64,000 bases of DNA from Patescibacteria group bacterium. Lineage in GTDB: Bacteria > Patescibacteriota > Microgenomatia > Levybacterales > UBA12049. The stretch covers positions 402,387-466,386 of the forward strand of contig JBBTTO010000002.1 in assembly GCA_038064195.1 (NCBI GenBank). The letters run 5' to 3'. Shown here one piece after another: positions 9,984 through 18,618 of this stretch (the stretch's first letter is position 1; each line of letters opens with the position of its first letter). The translations under genes and the position numbers were made by a program. Below the pieces are notes generated by a model that saw only the letters and a list, made by a program, of their open reading frames with translations, was not told where the DNA came from and made no database searches.

Positions 9984-10511
9984 ATGTATTTAAAAGAATT
10001 AACATTTGATTCCACAATTCATACCTATATTAAAAATATAACAGATCAGGTAAAGAGTGCGTTAAAAAAATCAAAAGCGAAGCAAGGCTTGATCGTGGTC
10101 TCAAGCAAACACACTACACTCGGAATAATCGTGCATGAAATAGCCGAGCCCAAACTGCTGCAAGATATCATCAATCATTCACTTTCTTACGTGCCTGAGG
10201 ATAAGCGATCTACGAGAATCAGTAAAGACTACAAGCATCCGACAGTCGATTACACGCATAGATGTCAAGATAATCCATATTGTAATGAAATCGATGAGGA
10301 TTATAACGCCGGAGCGCATATCAGGACTCTAACATTTTCACATTCAAGCGTGACTCTCCCTTTTAGGAACGGAAAGATAGAGCTGGGGAAGTATCAAGAA
10401 ATAGCAATTTTTGAATTTGACGGTAGAGACGGAAGCGGTAAAAATCCGATCAGGAAAAGGACGGTGCAAATTTGGATAAATCCTGTGGAAGATATATCTG
10501 TCATTACGTGA
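9984..10511 (+). CDS. YjbQ/UPF0047 family protein (secondary thiamine-phosphate synthase-like) with an internal insertion
   Basis: VVSSKHTTLGIIVHE...GKIELGKYQEIAIFEFDGR...RKRTVQIWINP matches the YjbQ family pattern. Confidence 0.6.
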   Translation: MYLKELTFDSTIHTYIKNITDQVKSALKKSKAKQGLIVVSSKHTTLGIIVHEIAEPKLLQDIINHSLSYVPEDKRSTRISKDYKHPTVDYTHRCQDNPYCNEIDEDYNAGAHIRTLTFSHSSVTLPFRNGKIELGKYQEIAIFEFDGRDGSGKNPIRKRTVQIWINPVEDISVIT

Positions 10512-10527
10512 CACGAATCCTCTACAA

Positions 10528-10570
10528 CTGGTAATTTACCCTCATTTTCGCTACAATTGGAGCTACATTG
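10528..10570 (+). promoter_or_regulatory. copy 2 of the promoter-like direct repeat; contains TACAAT and abuts the tRNA-Gln 5' end
   Basis: ctggtaatttaccctcattttcgcTACAATtggagctacattg, immediately followed by the tRNA-Gln acceptor stem; a plausible tRNA promoter. Confidence 0.4.
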
Positions 10571-10639
10571 CCGGATCATCTAATGGTAGGATAGCGGACT
10601 CTGAATCCGCTCATTTTGGTTCGAATCCAAGTCCGGCAG
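10569..10639 (+). tRNA. tRNA-Gln (anticodon CUG), 71 nt, CCA not encoded
   Basis: Manual cloverleaf: acceptor TGCCGGA/TCCGGCA, D-arm ATCT-AATGGTA-GGAT, anticodon stem GCGGA/TCCGC with loop CT-CTG-AA, T-arm TTTGG-TTCGAAT-CCAAG, discriminator G. Confidence 0.8.
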
Positions 10640-10754
10640 CAATTTTACAAGCCTCAGAAAACTGTATCAAAGTGAACAACCGCTTCCTGGATTCGAACTG
10701 ATAGCCTCCAATTGATTGACTCTTCTGTTTTATAGGAATATAATCCCAACCAAT

Positions 10755-11540
10755 ATGCGACAAGAACAAGGATTTGATTTTGAGGCATTTCAAAACAGAA
10801 GAGCTTGGAAAAAAGTTGGACTAGATATTGGAAGAATGAATGAAAGGGCAACTGAGGTTGCTGATGATTACAGAGCCCTAGTGACTGCTGATCCACTTAC
10901 GGGGATTGATAAGCTTGGCCTCTTTCTTGAAGAAATGAGAGATATAAATCCGAACCGCAGTTTTGTTGAGGCAGTTGCTGCTGGTCCTAACCCTGAGTGG
11001 ACAGGACAATTACTTGCTCTATTAGGTACTCGATACTCTTATCTAGATAGAGATACAAGAAGTGTTGTTCTAACTAAAGGCTTAGGTTTTCTTGATAGAC
11101 AAAGATATGATATATCCCAAGGAAATGTTTCTTATATTGATAATCCACATTTAGCTGCCGATATTGCCGTAAGTCGCCCTCTCTATTGGCCTGGATTTGA
11201 AGAATATACTGGAATACTTACAAGATTAAGAACATGGGATGAGATAGAGCCACAGGTTGAAAGAGCAAAAAGTACCTTTTGGTTAAGTCTTGCAATTACA
11301 AGACCAGATATGGCAAGTGACGATGTACGAAATGGTTTAGAAAGAATATACCCTACTCTTCTTGATAAAACACTTGATGCAATTGCAGCTATAACTGCTG
11401 AAAGAGCAGTAGATAAACATAGAAGTGATGGAACTCCCGTAGAGGAATATACAGATGAACGAATTGCAAAGTATGATTCACGGTATTCAGATGCCATAAG
11501 AACTAAAATAGTAGAGCATAACTGGATTAGGCTTGAATAG
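10755..11540 (+). CDS. hypothetical soluble protein (261 aa)
   Basis: The track ORF starts at a TTG (10716); the first ATG is 10755 (MRQEQGFDFE...). No recognised domain. First gene downstream of tRNA-Gln. Confidence 0.5.
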   Translation: MRQEQGFDFEAFQNRRAWKKVGLDIGRMNERATEVADDYRALVTADPLTGIDKLGLFLEEMRDINPNRSFVEAVAAGPNPEWTGQLLALLGTRYSYLDRDTRSVVLTKGLGFLDRQRYDISQGNVSYIDNPHLAADIAVSRPLYWPGFEEYTGILTRLRTWDEIEPQVERAKSTFWLSLAITRPDMASDDVRNGLERIYPTLLDKTLDAIAAITAERAVDKHRSDGTPVEEYTDERIAKYDSRYSDAIRTKIVEHNWIRLE

Positions 11541-11676
11541 TCTGTAAATAATATACTGACTTATCAAAAACTAACTCTGGATAATTGATGCTCTCAATCC
11601 ATTTTTTTGTTCGGAAGTCCTCAACCAGTGCCAGCAAAAATTAGACCTCGGATTCGAACCTGTTACAATCATTACA

Positions 11677-12000
11677 ATGAGCATAATTAAAACAAAAGCA
11701 ATTCTTACCTGTCCTATTTGTAATGCTAAACAGGATGTAGAGATGCCTATTAACGCTTGCCAACATTTCTATAAATGCACGAACTGTAATAAAATGTTGA
11801 AACCGAAAAAAGGAGACTGTTGTGTATTTTGCTCATATGCTGATAGTAAGTGTCCTCCCCAAACAGCAAGAGGCTCAAATGTAATTTGGAATATAAATTT
11901 CATCTGTATTTTGAAGCCAAAAAGTTCGAATAGCGTCTATGTCCGGCAGCACATTCGGCAAGCTCAGTGCAGGCAACATTATAAAAACAAAACGTACTAG
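11677..12000 (+). CDS. small Cys-rich zinc-ribbon-like protein with CPICN...CTNC...GDCCVFCSY motif
   Basis: CxxC-x17-CxxC followed by GDCCVFCSYADSKC, suggesting a metal-binding module; I cannot name the family with certainty. The C-terminal 40 aa look low-complexity, so the true stop could be earlier if there is a sequencing error. Confidence 0.4.
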   Translation: MSIIKTKAILTCPICNAKQDVEMPINACQHFYKCTNCNKMLKPKKGDCCVFCSYADSKCPPQTARGSNVIWNINFICILKPKSSNSVYVRQHIRQAQCRQHYKNKTY

Positions 12001-12240
12001 TTTGATTCCGCCAAACAAAACATTGCTCTGGTTGCATTTGCGGTAGGACTTCTCCTTATTTGGGTCGAGCTTGCAGTTGATAGTGTATCGCAAGCATTAA
12101 AATTGTTCTTCTGAATTAGCTAGTTGAAGGATCGGGTTCGGGGAGCTCATCGCCTGTGTATTGCATTACTCTATCACCTGCATGAATAGCTACGTCGCCT
12201 GAGAGAATCTCTGCATCTGATTTCTCATGCATAATGGCAT

Positions 12241-12948
12241 TTAATTTCTCCCAGTCCAAGACATATTCCTGATAAACTCTTTTTTGTTATAAAAGCTAAT
12301 CGGTCCATGATCTACAAATCCGGCTGCTTCAACCATACGTCTGGAATCGATATTGTCAGATTTGATAGAAGCGGTAATAACAAGCTGTGGAGAGACGAAG
12401 TCGGGATCGGGTTTTTTATGTGGCTTGAATGCTTCCGGATCATGAGTGTTGCGGACCGCATCCATTTGGGCAATTCGCAGGCATGCTTGCCGTAAGGCGC
12501 TGGTCATTTGGCCCGGAGCAGCTTTGGGACGCTTAGCATACATAATCTCTAAGACATGCGTATTGGGATCAGGTTGCGGGATCATGCCTCTCTTTACTAA
12601 AATGTCGGTGTCTTCATTGGCATCAAAGCTAATCCAGCCTTGCAGTTCTCCTACTTCTTTGTCCTCGACTCCGTTAAGTCCGGCAACACCGAAAACATAT
12701 TGGGCATCATTTTTGGGAGAATCAGGTCGGCCGTCTCGGGTCTGTTGGATCAGTTCTTTATCAGATTCTGCAGCACCGCCGAATTCTTCGGGAAGATGCT
12801 CCTCGATAGTCCGCATTCGCTTCATATCGCGATAGTCCTTGTAATCGATAAGCCGTATGCCTGAACGCTCACCGACAAAATTAATTATTTCTCGAGGCTT
12901 AGTCTCATAATCTTTCAGAGGCAATTTATCAATGGCACCTTCATTCAT
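12241..12948 (-). CDS. GNAT-like N-acetyltransferase (tentative)
   Basis: The C-terminal half (HVLEIMYAKRP...GQMTSALRQACLRIAQ...VITASIKSDNIDSRRMVEAAGFVDHG) fits the GNAT fold pattern; GC is somewhat elevated. Confidence 0.4.
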   Translation of the reverse strand: MNEGAIDKLPLKDYETKPREIINFVGERSGIRLIDYKDYRDMKRMRTIEEHLPEEFGGAAESDKELIQQTRDGRPDSPKNDAQYVFGVAGLNGVEDKEVGELQGWISFDANEDTDILVKRGMIPQPDPNTHVLEIMYAKRPKAAPGQMTSALRQACLRIAQMDAVRNTHDPEAFKPHKKPDPDFVSPQLVITASIKSDNIDSRRMVEAAGFVDHGPISFYNKKEFIRNMSWTGRN

Positions 12949-13012
12949 ATGAGGATTATGACAACAAATTTTTAGGGAGTCAATGAGGCGATGTCTTTGC
13001 TATACTTAGCAC

Positions 13013-13723
13013 ATGTATTCAGTCGTCATACCCGCCTACAACGAAGAAAAATTTATCGGCAGCTGCCTGGAAGCACTTACCAAGCAGGATACGCACGAAA
13101 AATTCGAGGTTATCCTCGTTGATAATAATTCATCAGACCAAACAGTAGAGATAGCGAGAAAATTTAAAGACAGACTGGATCTGAAGATCATAAAACAGGA
13201 AATAAAAGGAAGGGGTCCAGCACGGGCCAAAGGCTTCGAGCACGCTTCAGGCGAAATTATTTTCTCACTGGATGCTGACACTATCGCCCCCCCTCAGTGG
13301 ATTAGCCATCTATCGAGCAAATTAAAACAGAGTAACGGGGTAGCTGTCGCGGGTACCTGCCGGATCAAAGATTGTCCGCGACATATCAATCTGCTTTTTA
13401 ATTTCTCTCAACCTCTGATGATGAGGGCTTATCGACTCTTCGTGGGTCATTATTGGCTAAATGGCTTTAATTCCGCAATTTATAAGGAGGCGTACAAAAA
13501 ATCAGGTGGCTTTGATGTCGACTTAAATGCACAGGAGGATGTGGAGCTATCTTTTCGGGTGAGTAAAATCGGGAAGATAATTTTTCTTCCTCAAATCGCG
13601 GTCATATTTTCGGGCAGACGTTTTCGTAACGGGTTTTTCCGCGGCCTTGTGCCATACCTCATGACCTATGCAGGATATTTTTTCTTCAAAAATAAAAAGA
13701 TAATTCTTAGCGACGAGCGCTAG
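13013..13723 (+). CDS. glycosyltransferase family 2
   Basis: VVIPAYNEEKFIGSCLEAL...VILVDNNSSDQT...SLDADT, a GT-A DxD-type signature. Confidence 0.8.
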   Translation: MYSVVIPAYNEEKFIGSCLEALTKQDTHEKFEVILVDNNSSDQTVEIARKFKDRLDLKIIKQEIKGRGPARAKGFEHASGEIIFSLDADTIAPPQWISHLSSKLKQSNGVAVAGTCRIKDCPRHINLLFNFSQPLMMRAYRLFVGHYWLNGFNSAIYKEAYKKSGGFDVDLNAQEDVELSFRVSKIGKIIFLPQIAVIFSGRRFRNGFFRGLVPYLMTYAGYFFFKNKKIILSDER

Positions 13724-13771
13724 ATTCTTTTTATCAGTTGTTTTTTGTCCTTCGATGCGTATACTTGATGT

Positions 13772-14761
13772 GTGGAAAAAATCTACTATAGCAAGCAAAT
13801 CCGCAGACGACGCCGACATGATGGACTAAGAACTATCCTGGCATTTGTCATCCTTTTTGGCTTAGTGATTGGCTTACTATTTGCTGCGTATAAAGTAGTG
13901 ACTTTTTCAACCGGGATACTCGGGGCAACAGCTCCCATCCCTCAGTTAGAGGCTGATCATCCTTTTGACGAAACTCCTACTCCGACTCCTGAAATTCAAT
14001 CCAGACTCGGGCAAGTTGTTGAGAAAGCACTCAGCGGCAGTCACGGTAGCTACGGGATAAGCATCAAAAATCTCAAGACAGGTGAGTCATACACAAAAGG
14101 AGACACGATCAGTTTTGAGTCGGCAAGTCTCTATAAGCTATGGGTAATGGCTGTCGTTTATCAGCAAATCAAAGACGGCAGATTAAGCGAGGAGGATACG
14201 CTGAGTCAGGATATAGCCACACTGAATAAAAAATTTAATATCGCGACTGACGCGGCAGAGCTCGCAGACGGCAAAGTCAGTATGACTGTCGATGAGGCAC
14301 TCACACAGATGATAACGATTTCGGATAACTATGCGGCCCTCCTCCTGACAGAGAGGGTCAAAGTCTCCGGACTTACTGCTTTTCTTAAGGCCAATGATTT
14401 TAATGAATCGGCGGTTGGGACAGGAGGCAAACTCCCTACCACCACAGCCCATGATATCATGCTTTTTTTGGATAAACTCTATATGAGACAGCTGACTGAT
14501 GAGGAGTATACCGTTAAGATGCTGGAATTATTAAAGGATCAAAGACTGAATAACAAGCTACCTCTTTATCTACCGCTAGCTGTACAGGTAGCACATAAAA
14601 CGGGAGAAATCGACGAGTATAGTCATGATGCAGGGATAGTTAATGCCCTAAATGGTGATTATATTATTGTCATTATGACCAAAAGCGATGATCCGGAATC
14701 TGCCAATGAACGCATCGCTTTAGTCTCAAAAGCAGTGTACAATTATTTTGAGGGAGAATAA
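13772..14761 (+). CDS. class A beta-lactamase-like serine hydrolase with N-terminal TM anchor
   Basis: SxxK (SASLYKLW), SDN (ISDNYAA) and KTG (HKTGE) motifs in class-A order and spacing. Confidence 0.65.
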   Translation: MEKIYYSKQIRRRRRHDGLRTILAFVILFGLVIGLLFAAYKVVTFSTGILGATAPIPQLEADHPFDETPTPTPEIQSRLGQVVEKALSGSHGSYGISIKNLKTGESYTKGDTISFESASLYKLWVMAVVYQQIKDGRLSEEDTLSQDIATLNKKFNIATDAAELADGKVSMTVDEALTQMITISDNYAALLLTERVKVSGLTAFLKANDFNESAVGTGGKLPTTTAHDIMLFLDKLYMRQLTDEEYTVKMLELLKDQRLNNKLPLYLPLAVQVAHKTGEIDEYSHDAGIVNALNGDYIIVIMTKSDDPESANERIALVSKAVYNYFEGE

Positions 14762-14765
14762 TTTT

Positions 14766-15266
14766 ATGAAAGTATTAGTGACAGGCGCATCCGGAGCAGG
14801 AAAAACATATGTTTCATCTCAGTTAAGAGAGCTGGGTTATCCGGCTGTCGACAGTGATGATATAGGAGGGTTGTCAGGATGGTTTGACGGGCAGGGCAAT
14901 AGGGTGGACTATCCGGCAGCGGCCGGGGCTGAATTTTTGGAGAACCATAGATTTTTGTGGAACAGAAAATTTCTTGAGGAATATTTAGCGTTACACCCTG
15001 ATATCTATATCTTCGGGATGGCGGGTAATGCTTTTGAGATGCTGGATCTTTTTGATAAGGTATATTTTCTTAAAGTTCCGCCGAAAATTCAGATGGAGAG
15101 ACTGCTCCATCCGTTGCGCGCAAATCCCATGGGGCAGACAGAGTATCAAAGAAAGAATGCTGTCTGGTGGGCTCAGATGCTGGAGAGGGATGCCAAAAAA
15201 TTAGCAATTCCGATGATTGACGCGACCAAGAGTCCCAAGGAGATTTGGGAGATAATTAGTCAGTAA
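14766..15266 (+). CDS. P-loop NTPase, nucleoside/nucleotide kinase-like
   Basis: Walker A GASGAGKT at the N-terminus. The track start at 14748 overlaps the upstream stop; ATG 14766 (MKVLVTGASGAGKT) is the likely start. Confidence 0.6.
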   Translation: MKVLVTGASGAGKTYVSSQLRELGYPAVDSDDIGGLSGWFDGQGNRVDYPAAAGAEFLENHRFLWNRKFLEEYLALHPDIYIFGMAGNAFEMLDLFDKVYFLKVPPKIQMERLLHPLRANPMGQTEYQRKNAVWWAQMLERDAKKLAIPMIDATKSPKEIWEIISQ

Positions 15267-15267
15267 G

Positions 15268-15480
15268 TTTTTGTTCATACTTTTGAACCGCCAAAAGTAT
15301 GCAAAAGCTCGTGAGCTAGTGAGCGGTCACTAAATTTTCTCCTTCGTTAGTCGGGGGAATTCGGCCCCCTCATCCACACGCTGCGCTCGGTCTGGAATCC
15401 CCCTGACAACTCAGTCGAAAATTTTTAACGTGCTGCGCTCAGCGCTCACAATAAAGCACGCAAAGTGGCGAAATTAGGAA
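15268..15480 (+). ncRNA. intergenic structured element, copy R3 of a 4-member family (putative novel ncRNA)
   Basis: P1 hairpin CATACTTTT-gaaccgcc-AAAAGTATG, then CAAAAGC. P2 helix GTGAGC (15304-15309) pairs with GCTCAC (15443-15448). Long-range helix gTCGGGGGAATT (15343-15354) pairs with AATCCCCCTGAc. The 3' end GGCGAAATTAGGAAC resembles R1. Confidence 0.45.
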
Positions 15481-15503
15481 CTATTTAAAGATTCAGTGTT
15501 ATA

Positions 15504-15791
15504 ATGATCAATATGAAGAGTCGGGGGAACGAGGAGCTTATTAAAGAGATAGATGAGAAGTTAAGTATCAAAGTTTCACCTGATGCCAAGTCCACAATCC
15601 TGACCATCCGTAATCTTATCGAATCAAATTCTCGAGTGGAGGAGTCAATTGACGAGTTGCATCAAAGTATAACTGTTGCCAATAAAGAGAATGGAAAGCT
15701 CCAGACGAGAGTATATTACCTCACAATCGTTACAGTTACCCTGACTATAGTTCAAGTCATCGGCGTCATCGTCCAACTCCTTAATAAATAG
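15504..15791 (+). CDS. hypothetical small protein with C-terminal TM helix
   Basis: 95 aa with a coiled-coil-like N-terminus and hydrophobic tail YYLTIVTVTLTIVQVIGVIVQLL. Confidence 0.4.
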   Translation: MINMKSRGNEELIKEIDEKLSIKVSPDAKSTILTIRNLIESNSRVEESIDELHQSITVANKENGKLQTRVYYLTIVTVTLTIVQVIGVIVQLLNK

Positions 15792-15795
15792 CCAA

Positions 15796-16242
15796 ATGAA
15801 AAAAGGAATTGATTATATCGGCGTCTCTGCAGGGGCGATGATCATCAATGATCGTGGTGAACTGTTCCTCTCGAAAAGAAGTCAAAGTGTCAAAAATGAA
15901 CGGGGTTGTTGGGAGACACCTGGAGGCAGTGTGGAATTTGGTGAGAAATTAGCAGATGCTGTACAACGGGAGATGAAAGAAGAGTATGGAGTAGAGATTG
16001 AGATCCTCGAACAATTTCCGGCCGAGGATCATCTCATCCCCAACGAAAATCAGCACTGGGTCGCAACGACTTTTTTGGCAAAACTTAAAAAGGGACAAAA
16101 GCCTCGGATTATGGAAGCGGAGAAATGTGATGAGATCGGATGGTTCCCCCTCGATAATTTACCAGCTCCGCTTTCAATTATTACGAAATTAGATGTTAAG
16201 CATCATGAAAATAAAATCCAGAACAAAGTGAATAGTTTGTAA
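15796..16242 (+). CDS. NUDIX hydrolase
   Basis: Nudix box GGSVEFGEKLADAVQREMKEEYGV. Confidence 0.8.
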   Translation: MKKGIDYIGVSAGAMIINDRGELFLSKRSQSVKNERGCWETPGGSVEFGEKLADAVQREMKEEYGVEIEILEQFPAEDHLIPNENQHWVATTFLAKLKKGQKPRIMEAEKCDEIGWFPLDNLPAPLSIITKLDVKHHENKIQNKVNSL

Positions 16243-16336
16243 ATGTTATTGATATTCTAAGTGGTTTTTTTATGCATGAGCCACGAAATCGGACTATTTT
16301 CCTTCAGTCGCTAATCGGTGGTAGAATAGTGAGTGT

Positions 16337-17506
16337 ATGAGTAGATCATTCCTCATCAGTACCCTGGGACTAATCATCGGTCTTGGCATAGGGTATCTCC
16401 TCGTCCTTCATCCGACATTTTCTTTTTTTAGTCCGTCAGGAAATTTTGAAATTACATCTCCTTTAAGTCAGCCAAAACATCAGGTAATCGGCTTTCTCCC
16501 GTACTGGCTCCTCAAAAATTCAGCCCTCGATTACTCACAGTACGTTACTAAGGTGGCATATTTCGCCCTCACCCCGGGGAGTGACGGGAGGATAAAAAAA
16601 CTCGATAATCCGATTGAGGAAGAACCGGGCTGGTACAGTCTGACAAGCGGCAAGGCTGACAAGGCTTTAAAAACTGCACGGGAGAAGCATATCGCACTAT
16701 CCCTGGTCATCTTCAGCGGTGACAACGAGGCTATAGCTGAGATGCTTGCGGATCCGGTGACTAATGCAAGACATCTCATGAGTGATGTCCTGCCTCTGAT
16801 GCGAAAATACGGCTTCAGTGATCTCAATTTGGATATCGAACAGATAGCGGACGCGACAGATCAGGATCGGAGTAATTTCATACTTTTTGCTTCAGAAATA
16901 AAACATATACTTAATACTCAGAAAGCGGGGACATTGACTGTCGATATCACAGGCGATGACCTCATCCGTAATAACCTCATTGAGCCTGAAAAGATAGGGA
17001 AAATAGCGGATTATGTCATGTTGATGATGTATGACTTTCACTACACCGGTTCCATGGTTACCGGTCCGGTAGCTCCTTTGTCTGGCGCGGGGAAAGTGGC
17101 TGAATACGATATCGAGTCGGCCGTACAAAAGGCCCTTGCTTCAATCCCTGCTGAGAAGATCATTGTCGGAGCGCCGCTTTATGGCTATGAATGGGAGACT
17201 TTGGGAGATGATCCGCGTTCGGCTATACTGCCCGGCAGCGGTATCCTGGCGAGCAATAAACGGATAGAGGATTTGCTTGCGCACTGTGCGAGCTGCAGTG
17301 CAAAAATAGATGAGATAGCTCAAGAATCGTATTTGATCTACAAAGATCAAGGCACCGGCACGTATCATCAGATCTTCTTCCCGACAGATAAGGCCATGCA
17401 GGTGAAGATAGATTTTGTAACTAAACAGGGCTTGGCGGGGATAGGACTCTGGGCATTGGGGTATGAGGGGAAAACAATTTTGGAACCATTAAGGGGATAT
17501 AAGTAG
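16337..17506 (+). CDS. glycoside hydrolase family 18-like protein (chitinase/spore-cortex-lytic type) with N-terminal TM
   Basis: SDLNLDIEQ (DxxDxDxE-like catalytic region), LMMYDFHYTG and APLYGYEWE, typical GH18 blocks. Confidence 0.6.
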   Translation: MSRSFLISTLGLIIGLGIGYLLVLHPTFSFFSPSGNFEITSPLSQPKHQVIGFLPYWLLKNSALDYSQYVTKVAYFALTPGSDGRIKKLDNPIEEEPGWYSLTSGKADKALKTAREKHIALSLVIFSGDNEAIAEMLADPVTNARHLMSDVLPLMRKYGFSDLNLDIEQIADATDQDRSNFILFASEIKHILNTQKAGTLTVDITGDDLIRNNLIEPEKIGKIADYVMLMMYDFHYTGSMVTGPVAPLSGAGKVAEYDIESAVQKALASIPAEKIIVGAPLYGYEWETLGDDPRSAILPGSGILASNKRIEDLLAHCASCSAKIDEIAQESYLIYKDQGTGTYHQIFFPTDKAMQVKIDFVTKQGLAGIGLWALGYEGKTILEPLRGYK

Positions 17507-17584
17507 TGGGTAGAGGTTAGTGAGTAGTGTATAGGGGAATAACGAAAGAGCCATAGCTACCCACTTTACATTAATTTCTACACA

Positions 17585-18226
17585 CTATTCAATATCGGTT
17601 GTGCGGGTGGAGTCATCATACGTTAAAGTCTCACCAGTATTAATTGTCAGGACGGTACTCACGTTATCTGTATTGTTGAAGGCAACTTGGGCGGACCCGT
17701 CGGTTATCGCTATTATAATAGTACCGTCATCCATTACGCTAAATTGCAACGTTCCTTCAATTTGGCTAAGAAGTAAATGCAGGCTGCGAATGGAAATAGG
17801 CTCTGAACATTTTTTTTCACTCGTTATTTTGCCGAGAGGAATTTCCAAGACAATATTTGCGGGCAGGGTTTGGATCAAGTTCAGTTCAGTATCGGGGGAG
17901 AGTGTGATTGAACAAGTATCAGCCAAAGTAAGGCTGGCTGTGCCGCTTTGGCCGGTGGTCAGGATTTCACCCTGTTGAAGTATCCGGGGCGCAGTGAGGG
18001 GGGAAGCCGAAGAAGCAGTGCGTGACTCCCAGGTAACCTCGCCTGAAAGACGGGTGATGGTAGCCCGTAAAGAATCAGCCGGAGCCTCACTTAGTGAAAA
18101 GCGGGTGTGAAGAGGTGGGGTGGTGCGGGATGGAGTCAGCTCATATGTCCTGGTCTGATTAACAACGAGCAAAGGGATAGCAATTCCTAAGGCCAACGCA
18201 GGGAGGAAAAAAAGGAGTGCCTTCAT
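17585..18226 (-). CDS. secreted FecR-domain-like protein
   Basis: Signal peptide MKALLFFLPALALGIAIPLLV; LTTGQSGTASLTLADTCSITLSPDTELNL resembles the FecR beta-sandwich signature. Confidence 0.4.
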   Translation of the reverse strand: MKALLFFLPALALGIAIPLLVVNQTRTYELTPSRTTPPLHTRFSLSEAPADSLRATITRLSGEVTWESRTASSASPLTAPRILQQGEILTTGQSGTASLTLADTCSITLSPDTELNLIQTLPANIVLEIPLGKITSEKKCSEPISIRSLHLLLSQIEGTLQFSVMDDGTIIIAITDGSAQVAFNNTDNVSTVLTINTGETLTYDDSTRTTDIE

Positions 18227-18235
18227 AGATACTTA

Positions 18236-18490
18236 TTATACACAGAGAGCCTTTTTTTGCTCGTGGGTAAGTGTTTTTAATCTGGCTTCTTCAGAACAGG
18301 CTTCTGAATGGGTTGAGAATTCTTTTTGATACACAAGTTTTACGGGGCGGCGAACTCTCGTGTATTTGGCCCCGCCTTTGATCTCACCATTGTGCTGTCT
18401 GAGTCTATTGACTAAATTACTTGTTTTGCCTGAGTAAAGCGATCCATCGGCACAGAGAAGAAGATACGTGTAGAAGTGTCTATTTGGCAT
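18236..18490 (-). CDS. GIY-YIG nuclease superfamily small protein (UPF0213-like)
   Basis: FYTYLLLCADGSLYSGKTSNLVNRLRQHN is a canonical GIY-YIG block. Confidence 0.7.
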   Translation of the reverse strand: MPNRHFYTYLLLCADGSLYSGKTSNLVNRLRQHNGEIKGGAKYTRVRRPVKLVYQKEFSTHSEACSEEARLKTLTHEQKKALCV

Positions 18491-18499
18491 TTGTATAAT

Positions 18500-18574
18500 G
18501 TATTATGTAGCCTGTATAGGTATAAATAAAAGGTATTAATCATACATTATACATACTACTTGATACATGCTACA
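18500..18574 (+). repeat. direct repeat DR1 (GTATTATGTAG...TTATACATACTACTTGATACAWGCTACA); second copy at 21804-21869
   Basis: An 11-mer plus a 28-mer (27/28 identical) shared with the rarA upstream region; both copies sit about 45 nt upstream of a gene start. Confidence 0.6.
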
Positions 18575-18618
18575 TTTTACTCGCTTTACTTATTTAGTGG
18601 AAATACTACAATAACAGT

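Noticed and set aside
10640-10720. Possible second tRNA or tRNA fragment (GGATTCGAAC on the minus strand) right after tRNA-Gln, and a third at 11649-11659
   Set aside because: Neither locus can be folded into a cloverleaf: the T-stem partners are not complementary and there is no acceptor or anticodon arm. They are kept only as T-arm-like decamers in the islet finding.
10569-12950. Integrative element or prophage at tRNA-Gln
   Set aside because: There is no integrase, recombinase, excisionase or phage structural gene, and no duplication of the tRNA 3' end. Only weak hints (decamers, GC shift of the GNAT gene) remain.
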